From: Bdellovibrionales bacterium
GTDB taxonomy: Bacteria; Bdellovibrionota; Bdellovibrionia; Bdellovibrionales; UBA1609
Length of the DNA stretch: 64,000 bases
NCBI GenBank assembly: GCA_965200875.1
Contig: OZ241456.1
Location: 928,001 to 992,000 of the forward strand
Direction of reading: 5' to 3'
Below the pieces are notes generated by a model. That model was not told the DNA's origin and ran no database searches. It was given only the letters and a program-made list of their open reading frames with translations. Shown in pieces: positions 9,838 to 18,888 of this stretch (positions are counted from its first letter, which is position 1; each line of letters starts with the position of its first letter). A program made the translations under genes and the position numbers.

Positions 9838-10269
9838 ATGTGTATGATTTTGGATAAAAACTGTTGGGGAATTTTTTTGAAAAAAACATCAGATATGAAG
9901 CCCATTTATCAATGGCTTGAAAAAAGAAAAGGTAAATTGGTTTACTCTGATCTTAAAAAAATATTAATTGATGGAGGGGAGTCAAAAAAAATGACAATCT
10001 TTATTAATGAGAGAAGCCGTGTCGGTCAGACAAAATGTATTGATTCATCAAAGGTGGAAGAAGCCATCACAGAAATCAAGGAAAGCAACACTACATTAAA
10101 ATCAAATGATATACATATTTTTGGTCTAGCTAAAGCCTCCAATACAAAACTTTTATGCTCCAATGATCAAAAACTGCAAAAGGACTTTAAGAAGATTATC
10201 AGAAACGGCAGTATATACAAAAGTGCGAAACACCACCAGCATCTGTTAACAAAAGATGTTTGTCCATAA
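9838..10269 (+). CDS. PIN-like domain protein
   Basis: N-terminal MILDKN and C-terminal SNDIHIFGLAKASNTKLLCSNDQKL resemble PIN acidic-residue spacing; starts 5 bp after the ATPase stop. Confidence 0.6.
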   Translation: MCMILDKNCWGIFLKKTSDMKPIYQWLEKRKGKLVYSDLKKILIDGGESKKMTIFINERSRVGQTKCIDSSKVEEAITEIKESNTTLKSNDIHIFGLAKASNTKLLCSNDQKLQKDFKKIIRNGSIYKSAKHHQHLLTKDVCP

Positions 10270-10409
10270 CCTCATATATTGTATTGGTGTTTAAAAGTAG
10301 AAATCAGCATGAAACAGTATGAGGATCACTCCCTCGCCAGCCATTTCCGCAAAAAAACACTGTTTTTTTTATTATTGAGGCATATTTGATACCATGATAT
10401 ACTCCAGAG

Positions 10410-10640
10410 ATGAGTACTTTAAAAGATTTGTATAAAGATATATGGCCAGTGGTTACTTTACTCATTATTTATACTGGCTTAATTTTTACTGGTTTTAATT
10501 GGATGCTTTCTGCTAAGATAGATCCAATAAATGAAAAGCTGGATAATCATATCACTGACACAAATAAAAAGATTGATCGGTTAAGTGAGCGTTTTGATAA
10601 ACTGTATCATCACCTTTTGAAGGAAAAAGAAAATAAGTGA
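10410..10640 (+). CDS. Small protein with one TM helix and a coiled coil
   Basis: 76 aa; hydrophobic IWPVVTLLIIYTGLIFTGFNWML followed by a heptad-like charged segment. Confidence 0.6.
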   Translation: MSTLKDLYKDIWPVVTLLIIYTGLIFTGFNWMLSAKIDPINEKLDNHITDTNKKIDRLSERFDKLYHHLLKEKENK

Positions 10641-10864
10641 TTTATTCCAAATCCATAAAAAGATTGGTTCTTTGAGCTATTTCCCTAGCTATATTCTCAT
10701 TACTTTGTCTGTAAAACTAAAGGCTTGTTTTTTTTTATTTGTCGGAGGATTAGCTTTTGCCAGTCCAATAACAGATGAAAAAATAAGAAACATAATATTC
10801 TTTTCATAATATATATTTCGGCTTTTTTAGATGTGCTATTAAGTGAGATTTTGAAAAAAAAAGA

Positions 10865-11662
10865 TTATTTTTCAGATATGATATAGGCTACCCAAGATTC
10901 ACATTCTTCTCCTGTTTTTTTACGAACAAACCTACCATTTCCTTCTCCTTTTTTATTAGTTCCTTCCCAATAAATATGAGTTTTTCGAAAACCTGCCTCT
11001 AAAAGCAAGTCTCTAATCTCAGGAATAGTCCAAAGTCGCCAATCATAACTAAATACCCGCTTTCTCTTTTTTTCTCCTCTTCTCTTGTAATGAATATGAA
11101 ATACGGAATGGTGAGAAACAGGATCAAAGTTTTTTTGATCCCAGTAATAAATAAAAGAACCATGATTTACCTGTTCTTCATTTGCCTGAAAACACTCACT
11201 GCCTCCAAAGCAATCCAATACAAGAATGCCTTTAGTGTTCAAAGACTTTAAGCAGTTCAGAAAATACTTTTTCAGCTCTTCTCTTTTCTTTAAAGCAAAA
11301 TAGGAAAAATTCAAAGCAGCTATAATGTCTGCTTTCGTTATATTAGGGTTTAAAACACTGGAGTGGATGAGCTGAATCCGGCTTTTTTGGTGTTCATTCA
11401 GTTCTGTCAGGTTGTTTTCTCTTCCATATTGAAGTGGTTTTTTATCAATATCTACAGCTGATGCTTTATAAAGTTTGCCCATTTTAACCCACTCACAACT
11501 TAAAGAGAAAGTGGAGCAAAAATCTTCACGAAAAACATAGCCACTTTTCTTTTTTAAAGATCGGTAACAGTTTCGAATAAAACGAACATCTATATCCGGG
11601 GACTGCACGGAATGACGATAATGCCAATATTTATCAAATTTTTTTTTCATGGAATAATACAC
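10865..11662 (-). CDS. Class I SAM-dependent methyltransferase
   Basis: FREDFCST (motif I variant), AVDID, DIIAALNFSY, L..KGILVLD and FSYDWRLWTIPEI. Confidence 0.75.
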   Translation of the reverse strand: MYYSMKKKFDKYWHYRHSVQSPDIDVRFIRNCYRSLKKKSGYVFREDFCSTFSLSCEWVKMGKLYKASAVDIDKKPLQYGRENNLTELNEHQKSRIQLIHSSVLNPNITKADIIAALNFSYFALKKREELKKYFLNCLKSLNTKGILVLDCFGGSECFQANEEQVNHGSFIYYWDQKNFDPVSHHSVFHIHYKRRGEKKRKRVFSYDWRLWTIPEIRDLLLEAGFRKTHIYWEGTNKKGEGNGRFVRKKTGEECESWVAYIISEK

Positions 11663-11671
11663 CTTTCTATT

Positions 11672-12322
11672 TCACTCGCGATTGGCTAATGAAGGCACTT
11701 GCACCACTTTTTTCTCTGGAAACCAGAGACCAGTAAGGAAACCTCCATAGACACAACCGGTATCCAAACCAATAGAGTTTTGTTTTATCTTTAAGCCCTG
11801 TTTAGCCCAGTGCGCATAAACAACCAATTTAGAACCCGTATAGAGATCATGCCAAGCAGGATAAACAGGATCTGTCACCATGCTTTCCTCTTTTTCATCC
11901 CAATAACGAATATTGATTAAATATTCTGTTTTCGATTGACGAGGATGCTCTCCCGGCACCACTCCTCCATGTACTGCCAAAAAATTCTCTTCCTCCACAT
12001 ACACTGGCCAGCTTTTTATCCAAGATAACCATTCTTTCAGTTTGATTCCCATATTTTTTTTCAATTTCTCTAACAAAGGAGGTAAGGAAAGATGCTCTTC
12101 AATGGAGTTAATAAATTCCCATTCATGGTTTCCAAGAAGAGCTGTTATTTGCCGTTCACGCACCCAAGACAGAACTTTAAAAGAATCAGGCCCTTTATTA
12201 ATCAAATCCCCTAATAAAATGAGTCGGTGATAATCAACATTATATTCTGCTTTTTTAAGCAGAATCTGCAACTCATCAAAACACCCATGCACATCTCCCA
12301 CAAAAAAAATTCGCTCTACCAT
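11672..12322 (-). CDS. Calcineurin-like metallophosphoesterase (ApaH/PrpA family)
   Basis: GDVHGC, GDLINKGPDS, GNHE, VHGG and LDTGCVYGG motifs. Confidence 0.92.
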   Translation of the reverse strand: MVERIFFVGDVHGCFDELQILLKKAEYNVDYHRLILLGDLINKGPDSFKVLSWVRERQITALLGNHEWEFINSIEEHLSLPPLLEKLKKNMGIKLKEWLSWIKSWPVYVEEENFLAVHGGVVPGEHPRQSKTEYLINIRYWDEKEESMVTDPVYPAWHDLYTGSKLVVYAHWAKQGLKIKQNSIGLDTGCVYGGFLTGLWFPEKKVVQVPSLANRE

Positions 12323-12421
12323 ATCAAAAAGCCTCTTTTAATCAATCAATACCGGTTCTTAGATGCGTACAGAACAGGCAGAGTGTTTTACGGAAAACCA
12401 ATGTTGGAAATTTATTTCCAT

Positions 12422-13351
12422 CTACAATCCAAAAATCAGATTAAATTTAACCAAAACATTTTTTTTATTTTTTGAAAACACTAATTCCTTGCTTTCCTGA
12501 AAAAGACAGTGAGAAAGTGCTCTCCTACTTTGAATATTCCCATTTCCCTGCAATTTTAATTTGGTTTTTTCCACTTTAGTTTGACTGAGTGTTAAAAAAA
12601 TTACAGCTTTTACAGATAGTTTTTCATCTTTTAGTAAAGCTTGTTCATAACAATCCCGAAACTGAAAACTATGCTGATCAATCACTCTCATAATATTCGC
12701 ATAATTTGCACCTCCATCTATTGTATCTGACTCCAATAATCGTATACGATTCCATAGCTGTTTCCGTGGAACATTCGCTTTTCTTTCAATATGTTTTTTA
12801 TACCCTAAACTCAATCCTGCCTTTAATTTCCTCTCTGCCTGAGCCAATGAAGATCTGTGCTTTTGTTTTTGCTCTTGCTTTTGTTTATCAAAATCAGCAG
12901 ATAAAACAGGGTTTTTTGATTTTTTCAGGACACTTAACAAGCTGTCTAAAGCAAGAATCTGCTTATCAGTCTTCTCATCATCTATTTCCAACAAAGTGGA
13001 GGAATTAATAACAATATCACTATTTTCATCAAATACAGGATCCAGAGGAGCAGAGACCATTGCATCCATTAATTCAAAATCAACTACATTTTCAATAACC
13101 ACTGTTTCTTTATTAGTGAGAATAGAGTTAAAAAAACCATTAAAAACAGTTAGAAAAAAAATAATATGCAAAATAATGGAAATAGAAAAAGAAATAAAAT
13201 GACGCCATTTCTGTTTAATCAGATCTTTTCTTTCATCTTTGCTTATACTTTTGAGATATAGATGTTTTTCTTTATACTCTTTTATAAAAAAAGCAATAAC
13301 CCGCCACGGAAAAATATACCAATATTTTTTTCTGAATGATTTATTACTCAT
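12422..13351 (-). CDS. AgmX/PglI C-terminal-domain (GltG/TonB-like) inner-membrane protein
   Basis: Single TM helix with SISIILH (TonB-like S-x-x-x-H) and C-terminal IMRVIDQH...FRDCYEQAL...LSHCL...VKFNLIF. Confidence 0.65.
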   Translation of the reverse strand: MSNKSFRKKYWYIFPWRVIAFFIKEYKEKHLYLKSISKDERKDLIKQKWRHFISFSISIILHIIFFLTVFNGFFNSILTNKETVVIENVVDFELMDAMVSAPLDPVFDENSDIVINSSTLLEIDDEKTDKQILALDSLLSVLKKSKNPVLSADFDKQKQEQKQKHRSSLAQAERKLKAGLSLGYKKHIERKANVPRKQLWNRIRLLESDTIDGGANYANIMRVIDQHSFQFRDCYEQALLKDEKLSVKAVIFLTLSQTKVEKTKLKLQGNGNIQSRRALSHCLFQESKELVFSKNKKNVLVKFNLIFGL

Positions 13352-13353
13352 GG

Positions 13354-13689
13354 CTAGTCTCTCTTTTTCAACACAGGGCTTGGTTGAACTGGTTTCAGTA
13401 GGTTTTTCTCAAATTCTTTTAATTCCTCTTCAGCCACGATGCCAATAGCTTTATTAAAATATTTTTTTGAGTGTACAAGTTTTACATTTGGTCTTCTGAT
13501 TTCCCCTTTGATTTCAATAGCTCCTAAGTCCAATATTTTTTGTTTTCCAAAGGAAAAAAAAGAAAACATACTCAATAAAGCAACAGTCATTGCCACCTTC
13601 ATAACCACTTTCATTGAAAAAAACAGTTTAAAGAGAATTGAATTATCGACAAAAAGGTTATAACAATATCTTTTTTGTTTTCTCAACAT
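13354..13689 (-). CDS. Small exported protein, GltF/CglF-like
   Basis: Signal-like segment then LDLGAIEIKGEIRRP; lies immediately upstream of the GltG-like gene. True start is probably an internal Met. Confidence 0.5.
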   Translation of the reverse strand: MLRKQKRYCYNLFVDNSILFKLFFSMKVVMKVAMTVALLSMFSFFSFGKQKILDLGAIEIKGEIRRPNVKLVHSKKYFNKAIGIVAEEELKEFEKNLLKPVQPSPVLKKRD

Positions 13690-13718
13690 AAATTATACTC
13701 CCTTGACAGTCAGCAAGT

Positions 13719-16166
13719 TTACTTCCATTGACTCACAATATTTCTTAACTCTTTATATTTTTCCCCATAAGGTGAGCTGTTAGCCAACTTTGTCAGCTCA
13801 CTTTCAAAGAGGTTGATTTGACGAGTTAAAAGAGTTTTCATTTGTTTTGCCACCGACTTTAAGTGCCATTTCCGTTTTTGATAATGAGAAACTGCTTTTT
13901 TAAGGTCCATAATCATTCCTGATGTTTTACTATCCAACTGAGATATTCCTTTTTTCATCCACAGAGTTTTTTTTTGTGTTCTCTCAAGCCATACAAAATC
14001 CCATGCCAAAGCACTGGCTCGTAACACAGAAGGTAGTTGAAGGTTTCCTAGAAACTTATGCTTGTTTTTTTTCTTATGGCCTTTTTTTATAACAAAAAAA
14101 TCATTTCCATCTGTGTTTTTCATCCAGCAACACTGATAAATAAATCTCAATAGAGGGGAGGTTTTTATTTCTTTCAGAACCTCTGACTGTAAAACACTGA
14201 CACAAGAGTTTTTATTATACAAGATTTTTTCAAATAATTCCACAGCCATATTTTTTTTCAAAAATACGGAAGATAATTTGTTCCAGTGTTCCACGATCAA
14301 ATGTATTTGTTCTGTCTTTAAATAATTTACAGCTAAAAACAAAGACACTGTTTTTTTATCTTTCTTTTTTGAAGGAAAATACTTTAATAATTTTTTCATC
14401 ACTCTGGCTTTTTGAAGTGAATCCATATCATCAGCCAAAGCTTTTTTAAACCAGGGTAGTGTTTTACGATAGGAGTCAACTTTGGATAAAGGCAACAGAT
14501 GTTTCAGTTCTTCCTGAGTTACTGCTGATGGCTTGTGGATCAGTATGTCCAAGTAATATTTTTTAAGGGATTTTGAGCTGAAGCGGTTTAGAAATTGTTT
14601 GATTTCTGCTGGTTGGTAACTATCAATGTGAGATAATACTAAATTTGGAAGTAAATCCTTTTCCCACCACTGTTCTTTCGCTTGCAATATATGCTTTTGT
14701 ACGACAAAATGAACTTGTTTTAAATTCAAAAAATCAAACAAACTGTTTTCCCATGAACTATCCATCTTTTTGTACTTTTGAATAATGGTGTTTGAACTGA
14801 GTACAGTATGCACTGCCTTTTCAATTTTCTGAAGTTCTCCTTTTGCTTTTTTGCAAAATTGAAAAGTTTCTGAAAAAGTTTTTTCCAACTCTTTATGTGG
14901 TGTACTTGAGTCTGCGAGATCAGTCATTTCAATTAACAGGCTGAGAGATTCGCTACAAGCTTTATTCTTTAACCCCATATTGCTATACACCAGAAGTAGT
15001 GGCCAACGTTCAATACCTTTCCGCTTCACTTTTACATATAAATCAGCGAGAGCTCCAAACCATTTTTTTTCGACTTGTTTTTTGGTTTTTGAAGAAGTTA
15101 CAGTATGAGCACATGAATTTAATACGGAAAGCGTTAACTCTCTATCTAGGTTCTGTATTTGTGATTTTTGCATCCAAGGTAAAAGCTGACAAGGATGATC
15201 CATAAACACAGTTCTATCCCGTAAAATCACATTTAATATATCGGTGGATAACTGCTGATCCACAGACAAAGCAGAAACTATTTTATTCATATTTTTTTTG
15301 AATGTTCGGTGCATTCCTTTTAACATTCCTCTTATTAAAACTTCTTTCTCCTCCTCGGAAATAGTTTTAATAACTTTTTTCAAACTGCCAAAAGACACTT
15401 TATTTTTAAAGTACTGGCTTTCAACCCATGTTTTTCCTAAATCAGAAAGTATAATATCACTTAATCGGTTTGCTTTTTGCTCCAAAGCCTGAATCAGCAG
15501 ATTAAAAGCTGGTGTCCATTTTTTTTGATTAACATATATCCAAGATTTTTTATGTAAAATATAAGCAACTGAAGATTTTAATCGAGCCTCCTCCTGCTTT
15601 AATACCAATTTTTTTTGATGCTTGATAATTCCAGGCTGTGCAGAAGAGGAAACAACGAGTAAATTAATCAGCTTTAAAGCTTCTTTATAACAACGATCTG
15701 CCTTCTTTAAATAACCTAATTCAAAAAAACCATCTCCTGCTTCAATCCATAAGGACATTCTTTTGTTTTCCGGGATATTTTTTGCGTAACGAGCGGCTAT
15801 AAAAGCATATTCATAACGTTTTTCTTTCATTAACACATTGTTTGGTAATTCATTTAACAGGAGGGCATAATGTCCTTTCTTGTTGTTATTTACTTTGTTC
15901 TTTATTTCCTGCTCCATTAAAGGAACAGCTGTTGAATATTCTTTTTTTTTCAATAGAGAAAGAATCCGTAAGGCTTTTTTATCTATTGAATATGCAGAAA
16001 ATACACATAAAAAATTTACTAGAAAAAAAACAAGGATGATCTGAAAACACATATACCATATTTTTATACTTCTGAATTGATCTAAAATATTCAGTGTTGT
16101 AGTTTTTTCAAACCACATCTGACAGTTCAAATGTTTGGCATATCTTAAACTGGTAGAGTTCAACAT
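13719..16166 (-). CDS. Large TPR-like helical protein (GltD/AgmU-like position)
   Basis: 815 aa ORF with TPR-like segments (EAGDGFFELGYLKKADRCYKEAL; YILHKKSWIYVNQKKW). Probable start 16052 (MCFQIILVFF). Confidence 0.55.
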   Translation of the reverse strand: MLNSTSLRYAKHLNCQMWFEKTTTLNILDQFRSIKIWYMCFQIILVFFLVNFLCVFSAYSIDKKALRILSLLKKKEYSTAVPLMEQEIKNKVNNNKKGHYALLLNELPNNVLMKEKRYEYAFIAARYAKNIPENKRMSLWIEAGDGFFELGYLKKADRCYKEALKLINLLVVSSSAQPGIIKHQKKLVLKQEEARLKSSVAYILHKKSWIYVNQKKWTPAFNLLIQALEQKANRLSDIILSDLGKTWVESQYFKNKVSFGSLKKVIKTISEEEKEVLIRGMLKGMHRTFKKNMNKIVSALSVDQQLSTDILNVILRDRTVFMDHPCQLLPWMQKSQIQNLDRELTLSVLNSCAHTVTSSKTKKQVEKKWFGALADLYVKVKRKGIERWPLLLVYSNMGLKNKACSESLSLLIEMTDLADSSTPHKELEKTFSETFQFCKKAKGELQKIEKAVHTVLSSNTIIQKYKKMDSSWENSLFDFLNLKQVHFVVQKHILQAKEQWWEKDLLPNLVLSHIDSYQPAEIKQFLNRFSSKSLKKYYLDILIHKPSAVTQEELKHLLPLSKVDSYRKTLPWFKKALADDMDSLQKARVMKKLLKYFPSKKKDKKTVSLFLAVNYLKTEQIHLIVEHWNKLSSVFLKKNMAVELFEKILYNKNSCVSVLQSEVLKEIKTSPLLRFIYQCCWMKNTDGNDFFVIKKGHKKKNKHKFLGNLQLPSVLRASALAWDFVWLERTQKKTLWMKKGISQLDSKTSGMIMDLKKAVSHYQKRKWHLKSVAKQMKTLLTRQINLFESELTKLANSSPYGEKYKELRNIVSQWK

Positions 16167-16831
16167 TGACTATCCACCCTTATTCTTAAATTTTTAGGAT
16201 TGCCCAGCTGCTTTAATTGAGAAATATCCAAGGGCCACCAATATATTTGATTTTTCCATTTCACTTTGGTTTTATGTTGACTTTGAGTGTCAAACAATTT
16301 ACTTAAACTCAGAAAATCTTTTGTTTGTTTTATTTTTGAAGAGTTTTTCTTTATCCTCTTTGCCAAGGCCAAGCTCCACTTTATAATTTTTCCAGAATCC
16401 TGAAAACGGCAATGGCGAAATAAAGCCAAAATTTCCAGTGTTAACAGATCCTGGCGAAAATAACTCACAGACAATTTATCATTGGAAAGCAGAACTCTTC
16501 TGTAATACACCGCCAAACCAAAGAAGCGATCCCAATCTTTATGAATATAGTTTATTTTTTGAATTTCCATCAGCCCGGAAACAAAATCCGGTTCTCCATA
16601 ATTTAAGGTTTCAAATTGATCTCGAGCGGCTGTCAGTTCTCCTTTTTGAAATAAATCAACTCCTCTCAGAAAAACAGAAAGTTTTCCATTAGTTTTCTTT
16701 AACTGTTTTTTCGGGCGGGAAGGAGAACCGAAGTTAGAATCTTCAGAAGAATTAACCGCAATAGGTTTTTCATTTATATGAGTACAGGAGAAAAGAAATA
16801 AGCAAAAAGTCAGTGTAAACGCTTTTTTCAT
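16160..16831 (-). CDS. Putative lipoprotein with TPR-like segment
   Basis: MKKAFTLTFCLFLFSC lipobox from ATG at 16831; FLRGVDLFQKGELTAARDQF is TPR-like. Confidence 0.6.
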   Translation of the reverse strand: MKKAFTLTFCLFLFSCTHINEKPIAVNSSEDSNFGSPSRPKKQLKKTNGKLSVFLRGVDLFQKGELTAARDQFETLNYGEPDFVSGLMEIQKINYIHKDWDRFFGLAVYYRRVLLSNDKLSVSYFRQDLLTLEILALFRHCRFQDSGKIIKWSLALAKRIKKNSSKIKQTKDFLSLSKLFDTQSQHKTKVKWKNQIYWWPLDISQLKQLGNPKNLRIRVDSQC

Positions 16832-16897
16832 ATCAATACTCCATTTTTCTAGGAAATAGTGTGTCTCCACACAAATGGAGATTAAAACTCTGACGAT

Positions 16898-17305
16898 TTA
16901 TTTACGGGATTCAACAGAGACAGCAAATCTATTCACCCCCGCTTTCCTGACAAAATCGATCAGCGAGATTACATTTCCATGAGCCACATTTTTATCAGCG
17001 GCAATCACTATTTTTGTATTTTTATCTTTTTTTATAAATTTTTCCAGTTCTTGTTTTAATGTTGTTTTTTTTAAAAGTTTTCGATTTAAATAAATTTTGC
17101 CATCTATATCTATTGTCAGTAGTGCCTTCACATTTTCTGGTTGCTGGGCTGTTTCTGCTTTAGGTAAATTGATATCAAACCCAGGATTAATAAACGCAGG
17201 AGAAACAATCAAAAAAATAATCAGGATGACCAATACTATATCAACAAAAGGAATAATATTAATTTCAGACACTATAGCATTGTGCTCATTCGATCTGGTT
17301 TGCAT
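16898..17305 (-). CDS. ExbD/TolR (AglS/AglQ-like) motor subunit
   Basis: EINIIPFVDIVLVILIIF TM with the conserved Asp; INLPKA and IAADKNV.HG.V motifs. Confidence 0.92.
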   Translation of the reverse strand: MQTRSNEHNAIVSEINIIPFVDIVLVILIIFLIVSPAFINPGFDINLPKAETAQQPENVKALLTIDIDGKIYLNRKLLKKTTLKQELEKFIKKDKNTKIVIAADKNVAHGNVISLIDFVRKAGVNRFAVSVESRK

Positions 17306-17955
17306 TATAATTCACTCTCACTTTCAACAGTAAAATTTTGAGATTGACTGTAAGACAAACAAACTTCTCCCACATTTTCCATAGTATCCAATACCCCGCT
17401 CACTCTTTTTCGAAAGTAATTATATAGCATGACAGAGGGAATAGCGACTGCCAGACCCATTGCCGTAGCCAGTAGAGCGATAGAAATACCTGACATCACT
17501 GCTTGTTGCCCAGCCTCCTGAACAACCCCTAAATCATGAAAAGATCTCATTATCCCAAATACTGTTCCCAACAATCCTATAAAAGGAGCATTTGCTCCAA
17601 TTGTTGCTAAAATAGGAATACCACCTTCCAATCCTGGTTTTTCCTGAAGATAAACAGATTTAAATAGCTCCGACAGTCCTGAAGAACCATGTTTTTTGAT
17701 ATGCGTCATTGCATATCCTATAAGCCGTCCTGATGGGTGGCTGAGGTCATTACTTAAACCTTCAATGGCTTTTAAAGAACCTGACTGAAAAATCATTTTA
17801 AGCTGTCTCCTGACTTGTATGCTTTTTCGATAAACTGGCCGGATAAAAAAATATCTCTCTAGGCTGATGCTTAACACCAAAACACTAAAAAAAACCAATA
17901 TAACCATAATGGCTTTATCTGCAAAAGGTGCTATGGAAAAAAATACATCAATCAT
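17305..17955 (-). CDS. MotA/TolQ/ExbB (AglR-like) proton-channel protein
   Basis: [24 protein letters not shown] and [18 protein letters not shown] motifs; overlaps the exbD start by 1 bp. Confidence 0.92.
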   Translation of the reverse strand: MIDVFFSIAPFADKAIMVILVFFSVLVLSISLERYFFIRPVYRKSIQVRRQLKMIFQSGSLKAIEGLSNDLSHPSGRLIGYAMTHIKKHGSSGLSELFKSVYLQEKPGLEGGIPILATIGANAPFIGLLGTVFGIMRSFHDLGVVQEAGQQAVMSGISIALLATAMGLAVAIPSVMLYNYFRKRVSGVLDTMENVGEVCLSYSQSQNFTVESESEL

Positions 17956-18158
17956 TTCTGTTTCTCTCCTTTAAAAATCACTTTATCTTCAACAAAGATT
18001 ATACTGTATTAGCTATTGTTACTTTCCTGAAAAATTTATTTTACATTAAAGATTACATTCTGTTTAGCTTATTACAATGAATCTTTATTTTTAACACATA
18101 AAAAAATTATTTTACTTAATTCAAGACAGATTTGCCAGATTAAAAATAAAAAAAATAT

Positions 18159-18809
18159 TTACAAATTGTAAATAAAATTAACAGAATACCAGTTGTATAA
18201 AAATCGGGCTTTTATGATAGAAATGGATTGGGAAAACATGATCTGAACCCCTAATCGGGGGCTGAAATGAATATGTGGCCCTATTCCCCACTTTAACGCG
18301 AAAAACATCCCTTTTTCCCCCATATTCATTAATCCAAATCCAAATTGTACAGGAAAACCAATATTCATCTTGAACACGCTGGCTAAATTAATGTGACTTT
18401 TAATAATACTGTAACGCCAGTTCACATATATCATACTTTTCAAAAAAGGGTACGCAAGATTCAAACCATATAAATCCATTTTTTTTTCAATAGCTTGCAC
18501 TGCCAAGTGAGATTTTGAATCATGAATAGAATATTCAAGACCTAACTGTAAAAAAGAATGAATCCGGTGCTGAACTTCTATACCAAAAAAAGAGGAATAA
18601 ATATAAGGGCTTCCTATTTCTTGTCCGCCAAATACAGAAATGCTGAATGGATATTCAGGTTTTTTATCAGTTTCCTGAATAAAAATTTGACCATAGTCCA
18701 CAAGTGGTGAAAGATGGATATTTTGTGGTATTCGCTCGATATAATCCTTGCTTTCTGACCAGGCTGAAAAACAAAATAAAAACATACTTAAAAACACATA
18801 CTTCATCAT
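18159..18809 (-). CDS. Putative small outer-membrane beta-barrel protein
   Basis: Signal peptide, alternating aromatic/hydrophobic strands and a C-terminal YSVNFIYNL beta-signal-like end. Confidence 0.55.
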   Translation of the reverse strand: MMKYVFLSMFLFCFSAWSESKDYIERIPQNIHLSPLVDYGQIFIQETDKKPEYPFSISVFGGQEIGSPYIYSSFFGIEVQHRIHSFLQLGLEYSIHDSKSHLAVQAIEKKMDLYGLNLAYPFLKSMIYVNWRYSIIKSHINLASVFKMNIGFPVQFGFGLMNMGEKGMFFALKWGIGPHIHFSPRLGVQIMFSQSISIIKARFLYNWYSVNFIYNL

Positions 18810-18888
18810 TATACTTTCTCTTATTTATAAGACATGGATGATTCAAGCTTGTTGCTCATAAATGTCTTTACACCTCTAAAATATCTTT

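Noticed and set aside
16898..17955. Canonical Tol-Pal or TonB iron-uptake operon
   Set aside because: No tolB, pal or TonB-dependent receptor adjacent; neighbours fit a Glt-like arrangement better.
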